From the human T2T-CHM13v2.0 reference genome, Homo sapiens, in NCBI RefSeq assembly GCF_009914755.1, contig NC_060929.1: a stretch of 64,000 bases of DNA, one strand, 5' to 3'. Of the stretch, positions 33,534 through 47,754 are shown in pieces. The translations under genes and the position numbers were made by a program. How positions within the stretch are numbered: the stretch's first letter is position 1; every line of letters starts with the position of its first letter. The notes beneath the pieces were generated by a model. The model ran no database searches. It was not told where the DNA came from and worked only from the letters and a program-made list of their open reading frames with translations.

Positions 33534-34278
33534 TTTTTTTTTTTAAATTTTGAGAATAATTTAATGTGTTGACTTTAAGATACAACTACATTCTATATAA
33601 GATACAACTCTATATGTCAATACTTTAAAGAAACGGATCTTTACAAGACCAAAATAACCCACAGGCCATGAGGTTGGTTTTCCCTTTTTCCTTTTTTTTT
33701 TTTTTTTTTTTTTTTGTTTAAACAAATGTGCACCACGATGTTTCAACAACTAAGACAAGTGCCATGAACGTGAAAGCTGCAGATTGCAGTATACCACATT
33801 TAGAATCCAGGGGAGGTGAATTACACAGAGGTGGTAGTTATTCTCACTAAACAATCAGGTAACTTCATAACAACTCGATTTGCATCATGAAAAATGTCCA
33901 TTTAAGTTTCTTTTTTCTTGATGATCAGAGGTCTCACATTGTCTCCAGTCTCTTCCTTGTGTTTTGTGTGAGACCCCATCACACAATGGGAACTTTCTGG
34001 ACCTCCAACAATGGCAGTATCGTATAGCTTTATCTCCCAAATCCTCCATGTCAAAAGCATGTACTATCTTGGGGTTGTCTTTCTGGATGTGAAGGTTTAT
34101 CGTAGCTTTATTTCGATGATCTTTAACATAAAACCTTTTGTAAGCTCGATAATCAATTGCAGCTGTCCCAGCAGCAGTAGTAACTGCTGTGATTCATTCA
34201 AGTCGTCCGCTGGAACTGGTAGTCAGACTCATGGCACCCATACTTGCAAGGTGTGTGCACTAGGATACCGAGCACCAA
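33534..34278 (-). pseudogene. CISD1: Processed pseudogene (retrocopy) of CISD1 / mitoNEET
   Basis: CDS remnant 34232->33902 translates [85 protein letters not shown]/(+1)[22 protein letters not shown], which I recognise as mitoNEET. Intronless; TGA at 34194-34196; frameshift ~33973; ATTAAA 33560-33565; poly(A) 33534-33544; TSD catagtagg/catggtag at a TT/AAAA site. Confidence 0.97.
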
Positions 34279-34333
34279 CATGGTAGTTTTAAAAAGCATT
34301 CTGGGGATGGATGCCAGGGCACTGCTCACTTAC

Positions 34334-34439
34334 CACAGGTTTCAAGTGACCTGTTTATGGGCATACTTTAGATCCATAACTCAAACATTAAGTCATTATG
34401 TAAAGAACAGTAAAGTTTAACTTAGGAATTCTTTGACTA
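34334..34439 (-). other. Candidate 106-nt exon carrying ATG (34364) of a putative 98-aa ORF
   Basis: Acceptor cctttcttcag|T, donor GTG|GTAAGT; phase-1 end matches the phase-1 acceptor at 30303. Confidence 0.3.
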
Positions 34440-34842
34440 CTGAAGAAAGGTTTATTTTTAGGGCTATATGTTGTTTTATGACAATCATTATTTTTAAAAT
34501 TGCCAAGAAGGTTTTTTTTTTATTTTTGTATTTGCTTGTAATTGTTAGTGACAGTAATTAAATAAACAGGTGATTTAGTTGAGGAAAGATTTGTCAAAAA
34601 GATAAAATTATCTACATTGCCAAAATATATCAACATTCCATAAAAGAGAAATAGAAATGAAGTGACTAAGCATGCTTTAAAATGTATTTCAAAATATATT
34701 CTAAATATGTTGAAACATATTAAAGAGACATACATTGAACAGCAGTACATACAAGCATATCAAGAGAGTGAGCAGAAAACACAGAAACATAGATATGTTT
34801 GCATGCCTATGAAGACAATATGTGTCCAATTAAGAAAATACC

Positions 34843-35160
<318 letters not shown>

Positions 35161-35171
35161 AAAACATCACA

Positions 35172-35472
<301 letters not shown>

Positions 35473-36860
35473 TCACAAAGCTTTCACGAAAGAATGACTA
35501 AATAAATGGAGTTATGGAGTGTCTTTAGGAGGGACAAAAACGTAGACTCACTGACATCATATAACAAAATAAAATCAAGGGAGAGACAAGCTAAAATCAT
35601 AGACTAAAGGAGTCAACTTAGAGTAAATGTAAAGCTGAAATCTTACAAAAATGAAATGATAATTTAGATAATTACTTTTTGTGATCTCTGGACTTCTAGG
35701 CATAAACAAACTTTTTAAGCATTCAAGCAACGGAGACAAATCCAAGGGAAAGATCAACGTATTTGAATTAAAATGTATACACGTTTATACATCAGAAAGT
35801 AATCAGTAGCCAAGTTAAATGACAAATAACAAACTAAGAAAATACTTTTCTAAAATTCCAGAATTAAAGATAAATTTTAAAAGAACCAATGTCTTTTTCT
35901 TTCAGAGTCAACGTGGTAAATAGATCTCAAAGCATAACAACTACAAAAGAATAATGAGCATACGAAAATAATTTAACTTCAGTTACATAAAAGAGTGAAA
36001 ATTAAAAATAAAGATTTCCTTTTTGTGTTTTTGTGTGGGTTTTTAACAGTTTTGCTTTGTAACATGGCAAATACTTTAAAATGGAAATCCCGCCTTTGTG
36101 TAGTCCAGACATAAGCAATCTCAGAGACAACTAGGGTGTATACAAATGAATATCACATTCCTGGAAAGCAGTTTTACTATCATAGAATGAGAGCTTGAAA
36201 ATCTTATAGAAAACATATTATTGGTTCAAAAATAAATGTATTATCTGCATAAATGATCAGAAATTCATAGAATTACTTATAAAAAATATGGCCATTACAA
36301 TGAAAAGTTAAGTATTTTTACCCTAAGCATTTTTAAAAAGTTCCTATTAGTAGATAAAATAGCAGGAACAACACAAACTGATATCTCTGTCTATGTACAT
36401 TGATTAGAATTTGCTGGTCCCCAACCTTCATTTATAATTTGCCTTCAGATTCCTAAGGTCTGTGTCAGTGTCAGAGATTTTTTTTTTTTTTTTTTTTTTT
36501 TTTGAGAAAAACGTCCATGTCCTCCAAACCATTCAATACAGGGGAAGACTAAAGGGCAACCAAGCTTTTATGGCAGAAGATGATGTTGGAGAAGGCAGAG
36601 AAGCTTCAACCCCAGTTCATCTGGGAGCACTGCAAACTTAGCAATACAGAAGAAAGATACTTAGTGACTAGTTACTGTATGCATTTGTTCAGTTAGTATT
36701 TATTTATTCCCTATGAGTAGCATAGTGAGGTACCTCACTACAAACAGAATGATGAATCAAATTTGGACTAATCAGAAGCTGAGAGTCTTGAATAGGAGAC
36801 GTGCGTGTACACATGCCTGTTTGCGTACATATGTGTGCATATTATTGGAAGTATGGAATA

Positions 36861-37154
36861 TTTTTTTTTTCTTTTGTGATGAGGTCTTACTCTGTCACGC
36901 AGGCTGGAGTGCAGTGGCACGATCTCGGCTCACTGTAGCCTCTGCCTCCTGGGTTCAAGCAATTCTCCCACCTCAGCCTCCCGAGTAGGAATTACAAGTG
37001 CCTGCCACCATGCCTGGTTAATTTTTGTATTTTTAGTAGAGACTGGGTTTCACCATGTTGACCAGGCTGGTCTCAAACTCCTCACCTTAGGTGATCCACC
37101 TGCCTCGGTCTCCCAAGGTGCTGGGATTACAGATATGAGCCACCACACCTGGCT
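36861..37154 (-). mobile_element. AluS
   Basis: Reverse Alu; TSD gaagtatggaat / gaagtttggaat. Confidence 0.95.
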
Positions 37155-37779
37155 AGAAGTTTGGAATCTTAAGGAAGGAAATGCCTAACAATGTTGATTT
37201 GCTGGGTTTTTTTTTTCTTTTTTTTTTTTTTTAAACTGACTTTTAAAACTGACTTCCTCAGGACCCATTGTAGTTAACATACATTTCTACTTCCACAATC
37301 ATTGTTTTCACAGATAACATCACCATATTTACTTTTCTCGGGACAATCTTAATTTATTTGATTTACTGGTTTATTGTCTCCACACCAACCACCTAGTCAC
37401 TTTTTGGAAAGCAAGAAACACAAGGTAGAGGACATGTTTATGTCGTTCACTGTCATGCTCTCAATTCTTGGCGCAGAGTGACTTGCTCAATATATGTTTG
37501 TTGAATGATGGATGCTTATTTTTCTTATAGACTAAACTGTCTTTTATGTATAGGTAGGATTTGTGCACAGAGAAAGAGAAAGAAGAAAGAGGAAAAAATA
37601 AGAGCAAAGAAGGGAACTAGGTGAGCAGAGGCAGAGAGGCAGCATTTGAACTTAGTTTTTGAAGGAAAAGAGGAAGGTGAGGTAGAAAATAAGTTGTACT
37701 GGGAGCCAGGCTCAGCTGGTGCTTTGGCATATTTTAATGATGGGGTTCTTGAGTCTTACAGCTTGAGTATCTTTAATGT

Positions 37780-39460
37780 TCTAAAATAATGTCAGATTAT
37801 TTCTCAAAGTATTGGTGCCAATTTTCTTTCTCATTTGCAGTGTGCATATAAGAGCTATGTTTATACACAATCTAACCAGTACTTGGTGCTGTCATACTTG
37901 TTAATTTGTGCCAATATAATGGGCAAAAAAAAAGTATATTGTTTTCATCTCAATTTGCATATCCTTCCTTATAGTTGAAGAACTTCTTTTTGCCTTCTTT
38001 TTTTCTCTTCTGTATGATATCTGTTAATCATTTACCTATTTAAAATGTTGACTTTCTGGGCTTTTTTTTTTTAACTGACTTTGAATTTCTTTTTTTTTTT
38101 TAATTTTTTTCGAGTACCTGTGGTTTTCAGTTAACTTTTATAAATATATTCCAACACTGTGGCTTTTCTTTCTTAAAGGGATCTTTTGAGGAACAGAAGG
38201 TTTTGTGGCTGTACCTACTTCTGTAGTGCTGTATTGTTTTAATATGGTTGCTGTATATTTTTTGTATGGTATTGTATCAGTTTTGTTAGAGAATCTCTTT
38301 CTCTGAGGTCATAAAGATATCTACCTATATTTTTTGTAAAGTTTTATAGTTTTGACTTCTGACATTTTAGAATTTTTATCTATCTAAAGTTGATGTGTCT
38401 GTATAGTAAGAAGTTTTGAATAAATTTCATTTTTTTCTAGTATGGGTGACTAAGAATTCTTATACAATTTATTTGAATTGATCTTCCTCTCCTCAGTTAC
38501 GTACAACACTACCTGAACGGTAAAGCAAATTCAGGATATCAATGGGTCAGTTTCTGGAGATTATCTTTAGTTGCACTAGCAGCATGATCACAATCTCTTA
38601 ATTACTATAGCTTTTATAATTTTCTTCATTTCTGATAGGCCAAGTGCAGTCCTATTTTATTCTTTTTGTTTTAAAACATCATACATACTTTTGGACTATT
38701 GCATTTCTGTATTAGGTTTTCCTGGTTGCATATGAATTTATTGGTTTAAAATAACACCCATTTAGTAGACTTCTATAGGTCAGAATTCCAGCATGGAGTG
38801 TCTTGGTTCTCTGCTTAAGGCTGACATCAAGGAAATAGCCAGGCTGAGTTCTCATTTGTAGTCTCTGGGGAAAAATCTTCCAGGCTAATACTTGTTGTTG
38901 GTAGGCGTTATTTACTTGTGGTTCTGTAACTGAGATTCCAATATCTTTGCATTTTAATCTGGTGGTTGTTCTTAGTTCATAGTGGCTGTTTCCAGGTCTT
39001 TTCCATTGTGAACCTCTAATATTAGGAACAGTGTGTCAGTTCCTCTCTTGATTCAAATTTCTAACTACTTATTCTGCTACTAGCCAGAAAAAAGTTTTGT
39101 GTTTTTAAAAGTGCTCATAGGATTAGATTATATTCACCTTTTTGATGGACTCAAAGCAACTGATTAGTGACCTTAATTACATCTTCAAAATCCACTTTTT
39201 TGTGTAACCTAATCATAGGCATGGTATCTCATCATATTTATAGTCCCAGGAACTAAAGCAGGAAAACAAAACTCGGGAGACATCTTTAGAATTCTGTCTA
39301 TCCCAACTTTGTATACATTTTAGAAATAAATTGTCAATTTCTTTATAAACATTCCTGTGATATTTTAAATCAAATTGTAGAAAGTTTAGAAAACAATTGT
39401 AAAAAAATGGCATCTTTATACTATTGAGTCTTCTAATTCATACATATTATATCTTTCATT
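37780..39460 (-). mobile_element. Old L1M fragments (ORF2/3' region) interrupted by an MLT1 LTR
   Basis: Degenerate antisense L1 motifs (aatttgcatatcc, cttaattactatagc, ggcatctttatactattgagtcttc). Confidence 0.6.
38708..39305 (-). mobile_element. MLT1-family MaLR LTR
   Basis: tgtattagg...ggtcagaattccagcatgg...aggctgacatcaagg...ccttaattacatct...tagaattctgtctatccca. Confidence 0.8.
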
Positions 39461-40324
39461 TGATCTTTTTATATTTTATTGATACATAATATACATATTT
39501 TAGGGGTACGTATAATTTAATATATTCATATAATTTGTAACAAATTCGTGTAACTGGAATAGTCATCAAATTAAATATTTGTATTTTCCTTATGTAAGGA
39601 ACATTAAAATTATTATCTTCTTGCTATTTTGAAATATACAATAGATTATTTTAAACTATTGTCACTCTGCTGATCTAGCAAACACTAAGTCTTATTTCTT
39701 CTATCAAACTGTATTTTGTACCTATACACATTAATCACCTTCTCTTTATTCCTTTCTTCCCCCTACTCTTCCTGTCCTCTGATAACCATTCTACTCTCTG
39801 TCTTCATGAGATCTACTTTTTTAAGCTTCTACATGAGTAAGAACATGTGATATTTGTTTTTCTGTGCCTATTTCACTTTACATAATAACCTCTCATTCCA
39901 TCCATAGTGCTGCAAATGGCAAGATATTATTCTTTTTTAATGGCTGAATAATTCATTGTGTGTATATACCACATTTTCTTTCTTTATTCATTGGTGGACA
40001 CTTCAGCAATGAAGGTTAATTTCATGATTTGGCTATTGTGAATATGGCTTCAATAAACATGGGAACACAATTTTTTTTATATATATATTGAATTCCTTTA
40101 TTTTGGATACATACCCTGGAGTGAAATTGCTGGATCATATGGTAGGTCTAGTTTTACTTTTTCAGGAACTTTCATACTATACCTCAGAGTAGCTGTACTA
40201 AGTTACATTCCCAACAGTGTATGAGGGTTCCGCTTTCTCAACATCCTTGCCAGCATCTGTTATTCCCTGTCTTTTTTATGAAGGCCATTTTAACTGAAAT
40301 GAGATGATATCTCATGTTATTTGA

Positions 40325-40715
<391 letters not shown>

Positions 40716-41282
40716 TGTATGTTCTCTTTTAAGAGAGGTCTATTCAGAACTTTTGCCCATTTTTGAACTGGATTTTTTTGTTGTTGTTATTGATGTATTT
40801 AAGCTCCTTATATATTCTGCATATTAGCTTCTTATATAAATGGTTTGCAAATATTTTCTCCCATTAAACAGGGTTGACTCTTCACTCTGCTGAGTGTTTT
40901 CTTTGCCGTGCATAAGCTTTTTAGTTTGATATAGTCGCATTTGCGTATTTTTTGTTGCCTGTACTTTTAAAGTCTTATCAATAAAATCTTCACTTAGACC
41001 AATTTCCTAAAGCATTTTCTGTATATTTTCTTCTGCACGCTGCATAGTTGAGATTTCATATTTAAAACTTTAACCTACTTTGATTTGTTTGATTTCTGTA
41101 TATGGTGAGAGATAGGAATCTAGTTTCATTCTTTTGCATATGGTTATCCAGTTTTCCCAGCACCACTTATTGAAGAAGCGGTTCTTTCCCTTTTGTAAGT
41201 TCTTGGTGCCTTTGTTAAAAACGAGTTGACTGTAAAGATGTGAATTTATATTTGAGTTCTCTAATTTGTGTATCTGTGTATC

Positions 41283-41373
41283 TGTATATCTGTTTTCATT
41301 ACAGTACCATGCTGTGTGTCTGTTTTCATTACAGTACCATGCTGTGTATCTGTTATCATTACAGTACCATGCT
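41283..41373. repeat. 30-bp tandem triplication within L1 ORF2
   Basis: tctgttttcattacagtaccatgctgtgt(a/g) x3 with 1-2 mismatches. Confidence 0.95.
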
Positions 41374-44150
41374 AGTTCGGTTACTATAGCGTTGTTGTAT
41401 TTTTTGAAGTTAGGTAGTGTGATTCCTGAAGTTTTGTTCTTTTTTCTCAGTGTTGCTTTTGCTCTTTGGGGTCTTTTTGGGTGGTTTCATGTAAATTTTC
41501 AAATTTTTTTTTTCTATTTCTGTGAAGAATATTATTGGTGTTTTGTTATGGATTACATTAAATCTGCAGTTTGGGGTATAATTTTCATTTTCACTAACGA
41601 TGTTATCCCAATTCATAAGCATGATATACCCTTCTACTTTTGTGTGTCCTCTTCATTTTATTTCATCAGTGTTTTATCATTTTTCTTGTATAAATTTTTT
41701 ACTTATTTAGCTAAATTGATTTTTATGTATTGTAAATTATTTGTAGCTATTGTAAATGGGATTGCTTTCTTGATTCCTTTATCAGATTGTTTGCTGTTGG
41801 TATATATAAGTGCTACTGTTTTTCATATGTTGATTTTGTATTCTGCAAATTTACCAAATTTGTTTATCATTCTAACAGGTTCTTTTGGAGGAGATTTTGG
41901 GTTCTTCTAAAAGTATAAGATCATGTCATCTATGAACAAGACTAATTTCACTTCTTTCTTACGAATTGGGATGCCCTTTCTTTCTTTCTCTTACCTCGTT
42001 GGCCAGAATTTGCAGTATTATTTTGAATAAAAGTCATGAAAGTAGGCATTGTTGTCTTATATATATATACCTTTTATTATTTTGAGTTATGTTCCATCTG
42101 TACTTAGTTGGTTGAAGGTTTTTACCTAAAATGTCAAATGTTATCAAATACATTCTCAGCATCCATTAAAATGTCCATATGGTTTTTGTTCCTGATTTTG
42201 TTAAGGTGATCTTTCACACTTACTAATTGGTGTATGTTGAAATATCCTTGTATCTCCATAATGAATCCCACTTGATAAGGGTTAATGATCTTTTTAATAT
42301 GTTGTCGAATTCAGTTTGCCAGGATATTGTTGAAGATTTTTGCATCTATGTTCATCAAGTATATTGGCCTGTAGTTTTCTTTTTTGTCCATGTCTTTGTC
42401 TTGTTTTGGTATTGAGGTAATGCTGGCCTCATGAAATGAGTTTGGAAATATTCTCTCCTCTAATTTTTTTAAGACATTGAATGGAATTGGTATTAGTTCT
42501 TCTTCAAATGTTTGGTAGAATTTAGCAGTAAAGGCTTCAGGTCCTCGAATTTTCTTTAATGGGAGACTTTTTAACAGGGCTTCAATTTCATTACTCATTA
42601 CTGGTTTGTTGATGTTTCTATTTCTTCATGGTTAAATCTTAGTAGGTTCTATGCATCTGGGAATGTATCAGTTTCTTCTAGGTTTTCCAGTTTGTTGGCA
42701 TATAGTTGTTCATAATACTCCCTAATGATTCTTGTATTTCTGTGGTCTCAGTTGTTATATCATTTTCATTTCTCATTTTGAGTCTTCGCTTCTTTTTTTC
42801 CTTAGTCTAGCTGAAGATTTGTCAATTTTGTTTACTTTTTTCAAAAAACTAACTTCATTTTTTGATTTTCAGTATTGTGATTTAGAGTCGATTTTATTTC
42901 TGCTCTGTCCTTTATTATTATTTTTTCTTTTACCTACTTGTGGTCCCATATGTTCTTGCTTTTCTAGTTCCTTGAAGTTCATCATTAGGTTGTTTATTTG
43001 GAGCCTTTCTATGTTTTAGATGTAGGCATCTATTGCTATAAACTGTCCTCTCTGTACTGCTTTGCTGCATCTCATAAATTTTGGCATGTTTTATTTCTAT
43101 TTTCATTTTTTAAGAAATGTTTTAATCTCTTAATTTTTTTCATTAACCTATTGATCAGGAACATGTTGATTAATTTCTATGTGTGTTTGTAGTTTCTGAG
43201 GTTCCTCTTGTTATTAATTTCTAGCTTTGTTCCACTGCCAGAAAAGATACTTGATACGATTTCTAGTTATTTGAATTGTTTAAACTTTGTTTTGTGGCCT
43301 AAGATATAATCTTTTCTGGAGAATGTTTGATGTGCTGTTGAAAGGTATTTATATTCTGCAGCAGTTGGATTAAATATTCTGCAAATGTTAGGCCTATTTG
43401 GTTTAGTATATAGTTTAACTCTGAGGTTTATTGATTTGCTGTCTAGATAATCTGTCCATTACTGAGAGTGGCATGTTAAAGTTCCCTACTAATATTGTGT
43501 TGCAGTCTATCTCTCCCTTTAAATCTATTAATATTTGCATTATATACTTGGGAACTCTGGTTTTGGATTAATGGATAATAATAATTTTGTATCCTCTTGC
43601 TGAATTAACCCCTTTATCATTATGTAGAGGCCCTTTGGTCTCTTTTCATAATCTTTGATTTGTAAGCTGTTATATTTAAGTATACCTATTCCTGCTCTTG
43701 TTTGGTTTCAAGTTGCATGGAATGTCTTTTTTCACTGCTTTACTCTCAGTCTATGTGTATCTTCATAGGTGAAGTTGGTCTCTTGTAGGGAGCATATTTG
43801 AGTCATTTTTCTTAATTCATTCAGCCACTCTATATCCTTTAATTTGAGGTTGAGTCCATTTATATTTAGTATTATTATTGATAAGTAAAAACATGCTATT
43901 TTGTTGCTTGTTTTATGGTTGTAACTCCTTTCTCCTTTTTTTTTTTCCTTTCTTACTGTCTTCTTTTGTGGTTAAGTGATTTTCTCTGGTAGTATGATAT
44001 AATATTTTGCTTTTTATTTTGAATAAAATCTGTTATAGGTTTCTGTGTTGTGGTTACCATGAGGCTTACCAGAAAACCTCTTATGGATAAAACAATATAT
44101 TTTAAAGATATGACAACTTATCTCAGATCACTAAGAATAGAAACAAACAA

Positions 44151-44465
44151 CCAGGCTTGGTGGCTCATGCCTATAATCCCAGCATTTTGGGAGGCTGAGG
44201 CAGGAAGATTACTTGAGCTCAGGACTTCAAGACCAGCCTGAGCAACATAGTGAGACCCCCATTTCTAAAAAAAAAAAAAAAAAAAAAAATAGCAGGGCAT
44301 GGTTATTGGTCCCAGTTATTCAGGAGGCTGAGGTGGGAGAATCACTTGAGCCTGAGAGTCTGAGGCTACAGTGATCCATGTTGACACTACTGTACTCTAG
44401 CCTGGGTTAAAGAGTGATACCTGTCTCAAAACTAACAGAAAAGAAAAGAAAGAAAAACAAACAAA
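44151..44465 (+). mobile_element. AluJ inserted in L1
   Basis: J-type motifs (cttgagctcagg, gcaacatagtgagaccc, cttgagcctgag). Confidence 0.9.
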
Positions 44466-46807
44466 AATTGTTTAAAACTCTATACTCTAACTCCATCGTC
44501 CTCACATTTTATCTTTATGTTAATTTACATATTTTAATATTGCCTTCCTCTTAAGTTGCTGTAGGTATTCTTGTTTTTGATAGATTTGTCTTTTGAGCTT
44601 CATGCTAGAGTTGTAAGTGGATTGCACACTATAATTACAGTATTAGAGTATTCTGGGTTTGTTTGTGTACTTATTTTTACCAGTGGGTTTTACGCATTCT
44701 GATGTTTTCTTCTGGCATACTAGCGCGCTTTTTTTCCCCTTTCAGATTGAAGAACTCCCTTTAGCATTTCTTGTAAGATGGGTGTTTTGGTGTTGAATTC
44801 TCTCAGCCTCTGATGGTTTGCAAATTCTTTAGATCTCCTTCATATTTGAAAGGTAGATTTGTGGAATATAATATTCTTGAATGACAGATTTCCGTTAGTA
44901 TTTTGCAAATGTTGTCCTCCTCCCTCCTGGTCTGTATGGTTTCCACATTGAGGATTGCTGGATGAATTGAGACCCCGCTTATAAGTCATTTGCTTCTTTT
45001 CTCTTACTGCATTTAGGATCATCTTTTTGTCCTTGACTTTTGAGAGATTAATTAATATATACCTTGATATAGTCTAATTTAAGTCAAATGTGTTTGGTGT
45101 TCTCTGACTTTACATCAATTTTTATATCTTATGTTTTGGAATGTTTTCAATTATTATTTCTCCAAATAAGCTTTCTATCTATCTTGAACACAATAATTCT
45201 TAGATTTTGGTTTTTTTAAATGTTATTTTTCTGTGTTTTGTAGGTGATCTTTGTTCCTTTTCATTCTTTTCTTCTTCTCCTCTGATTGTTTCCAAATAGC
45301 CTGTCTTTGAGCTCACTGATTCTTTCCTGTGCTTGGTCCTTTCTATTAAGAGTCTCTCATGACTTTTTCAGTTAAGTAAATGTACTTCTCAATTCCAAGA
45401 TTTGTTTGATTTTTGTAAGTTTTTCAATCTGTTAAATGTATCTGTTAAATTTCTACTTTGCTTTTCTGTATTATCTTGGAGGTCACTGAGTTTTCTAAAA
45501 CTGCTATTTAAATTCTTGCTCAGAGAGTTTACATATTGCCAGTTTGTTGAACTGGTTTCTTCCTTTGTTCATTTGAGGGTGTCATGGTTCCCTGTTTGCT
45601 GTTGTTTCTTATGGATGTATGTCTATGTCTTTACATTGAATGATTAGCTATTTATCTTTTCTGTCTCATTGGTTTTGGTTTTTATTGGATGTGTTTGCTT
45701 AGAGGTTCTTTGTAATTTACCTCTTGATGTTTTTTCTTTTTTTTCCTGCTAGGTCACTGCCTCCTTTTTCACTAGATGGCATCTTAATCCCAGGTTTGCC
45801 TCCGTTCTAGTACACAGTCAGAGTGTACTAGACATCCTTGAATGGGTATGTCCCAAAAGGGATATCTCAGTAGTCTGGGAAGGCTGGCTAGGAGTTTGTC
45901 CCCAGGGAACCTATGGAATGAATCTCCCACAGCATGGTTCTGATGAACTGCCTCTAAGATTTGGCATCTCCTTTGGCCAAGTTACAGAGTAGAGATTTTA
46001 GGGCTGAAAATGGCAATATTACCTACCCTGTTTGTCTCTGACTGTGCTCAGACATATTTCTCTCTTTAGGCACTCCCAGTGCTTCTATAGGTTGAGGCAG
46101 GGATAAATCTCCTGCAGGTAACCCAAGATGGTAGGAAGCTGGTTGTACATCTCACTCTCACTTTTTTTTTGTTTTGTTTTTTAATTGTAGAAGCTGAGTT
46201 GGGGGAAAATATTCTGTGTGTGTGGTACCAAAAAGGTTGGTGGGAGGGGTGTCATGGATGTGGAAGTTCAGTTTTTTCATCATCTGCTCAAGAGTATTTT
46301 CACTTCTTGGTGGCTCTGGGAAATGTCTTATCATCATGCTGATTTGTGTTCTGGGAATTGCTGGTGATTATCTCAGCACTGTTTGTTTTTGGTTGTCTGT
46401 GCAAGGGAATAAAGCCAGCTTGCTTCTATGCTACCAGTTTGGACCCAGAAATCCCCTTCATTTGATTTTGTAGATATTTAATATTTACAGATACTTACTA
46501 TTGATAGTTCTATTGTCAAAAGCTGTATACTCGATTTTTATATTGATTTGTATAGGCTATTTTGCTAAGCTCTAATTTGTATTTTATTTTGAGTTTTCTT
46601 TCTATACACTCATACTGTCTATTGTTTAATTAGTATATCTTCTCTTACTTTATAATCCACGTGCATATTTGTTCTTTTTTCATGTTGACTACTCAGTCTA
46701 GAACATGGTTAATAGAATTCATGATTTTTCTTCCTTCTCTCATTGCAAAGGTAATATTTTCAAAATTTCACCATTAAAAAAATTATGGTAAGTTTTTTCA
46801 TAGGCAC

Positions 46808-47548
46808 TGTGTTCTGACAACAGTTATCTGACAACTGGGTGTTCTGTAATTCCATTTAATTCTGACACTATCTGATGTTATGTCAGATCCTGTAATTAAA
46901 GGACAATTGTCTGTACTTCAGATACCAGCTGCAAGTGGGGTCCCTGGACTACTCACACTTCTGCCTGGCCAGCTACAGATTTGGGGCTTCCCACAACCCC
47001 TTTAGTTTACATAATTTGCTTAAAATGATTCACAAAACTCTGGAAAGCATATTACTTATTACCATTTAATTGTGAGGGATACAAATGAACTGCCAGGTGA
47101 AGAAATACATAGGGCAAGGTCTGGAAGGATCTTATGAACAGGAATGCTTATCCCCAGGGAGTCAGGGCATGCCATCCTTTAAGTATGTCAGCATGTTTGC
47201 CAACAATTAGGCTCCCAGAGCTGCAGTGTCTATGGCTTCGATTAGTGTTTCATTACATAGGTAAGTTGGACAAATTATCGGTCACATGACTGAACTCAAC
47301 CTCCAGTCCCCTTACCATTCCTGGAGGTCAGGTGGCTGAATGTTTCAGCCCTCTAATTATGTGATTGGTTTTTCTGTTAACCAGTGCCCATCCTGAAGCT
47401 ATCTAAGACCTCTATCATGATTTGACTTACTAGATAACTAATGATACTTAGGAGACTCATTAGCATAACTTCTCTTACTCAGGAAACTCCAAAGGTTTTG
47501 AAACTCTGTGCCAGAAACCTGGGACAAAGACTATATATATTACATATA
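46808..47548. mobile_element. MER21-like ERV LTR
   Basis: aattctgacactatct...cagataccagctgcaagt...cacacttctg...ctctgtgccagaaacctgggacaaagac resembles MER21. Confidence 0.7.
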
Positions 47549-47697
47549 CAGACAGTCCCTGACTTATGATGATTCAACTTATAATTTCCAACTTTATGAT
47601 GGATTTACTGGAGTATTAAATACCTTTTTGACTTAAGATATTTTGATTTATAATGGATTTATTGGGACATAGGTCCATCATAACTCAAGGAGATCTC
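47549..47697 (+). mobile_element. MER47/Tigger5-like internally deleted DNA transposon
   Basis: TA-preceded cagacagtccctgacttatgatg and complementary end ccatcataactcaaggagatct form degenerate TIRs. Confidence 0.75.
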
Positions 47698-47754
47698 TCT
47701 GTGTGTATACACCTGTGTGGTGTGCATGTGTGTGTGTGTGTGTGTGTGTGTATG

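Noticed and set aside
33684-33715. Poly(T) as the 3' end of the CISD1 retrocopy
   Set aside because: No poly(A) signal or TSD here; ATTAAA, tail and TSD are ~150 bp further on at 33525-33565.
41266-41910. 214-aa membrane-protein-like ORF
   Set aside because: Antisense of degenerate L1 ORF2; T-rich composition mimics transmembrane segments.
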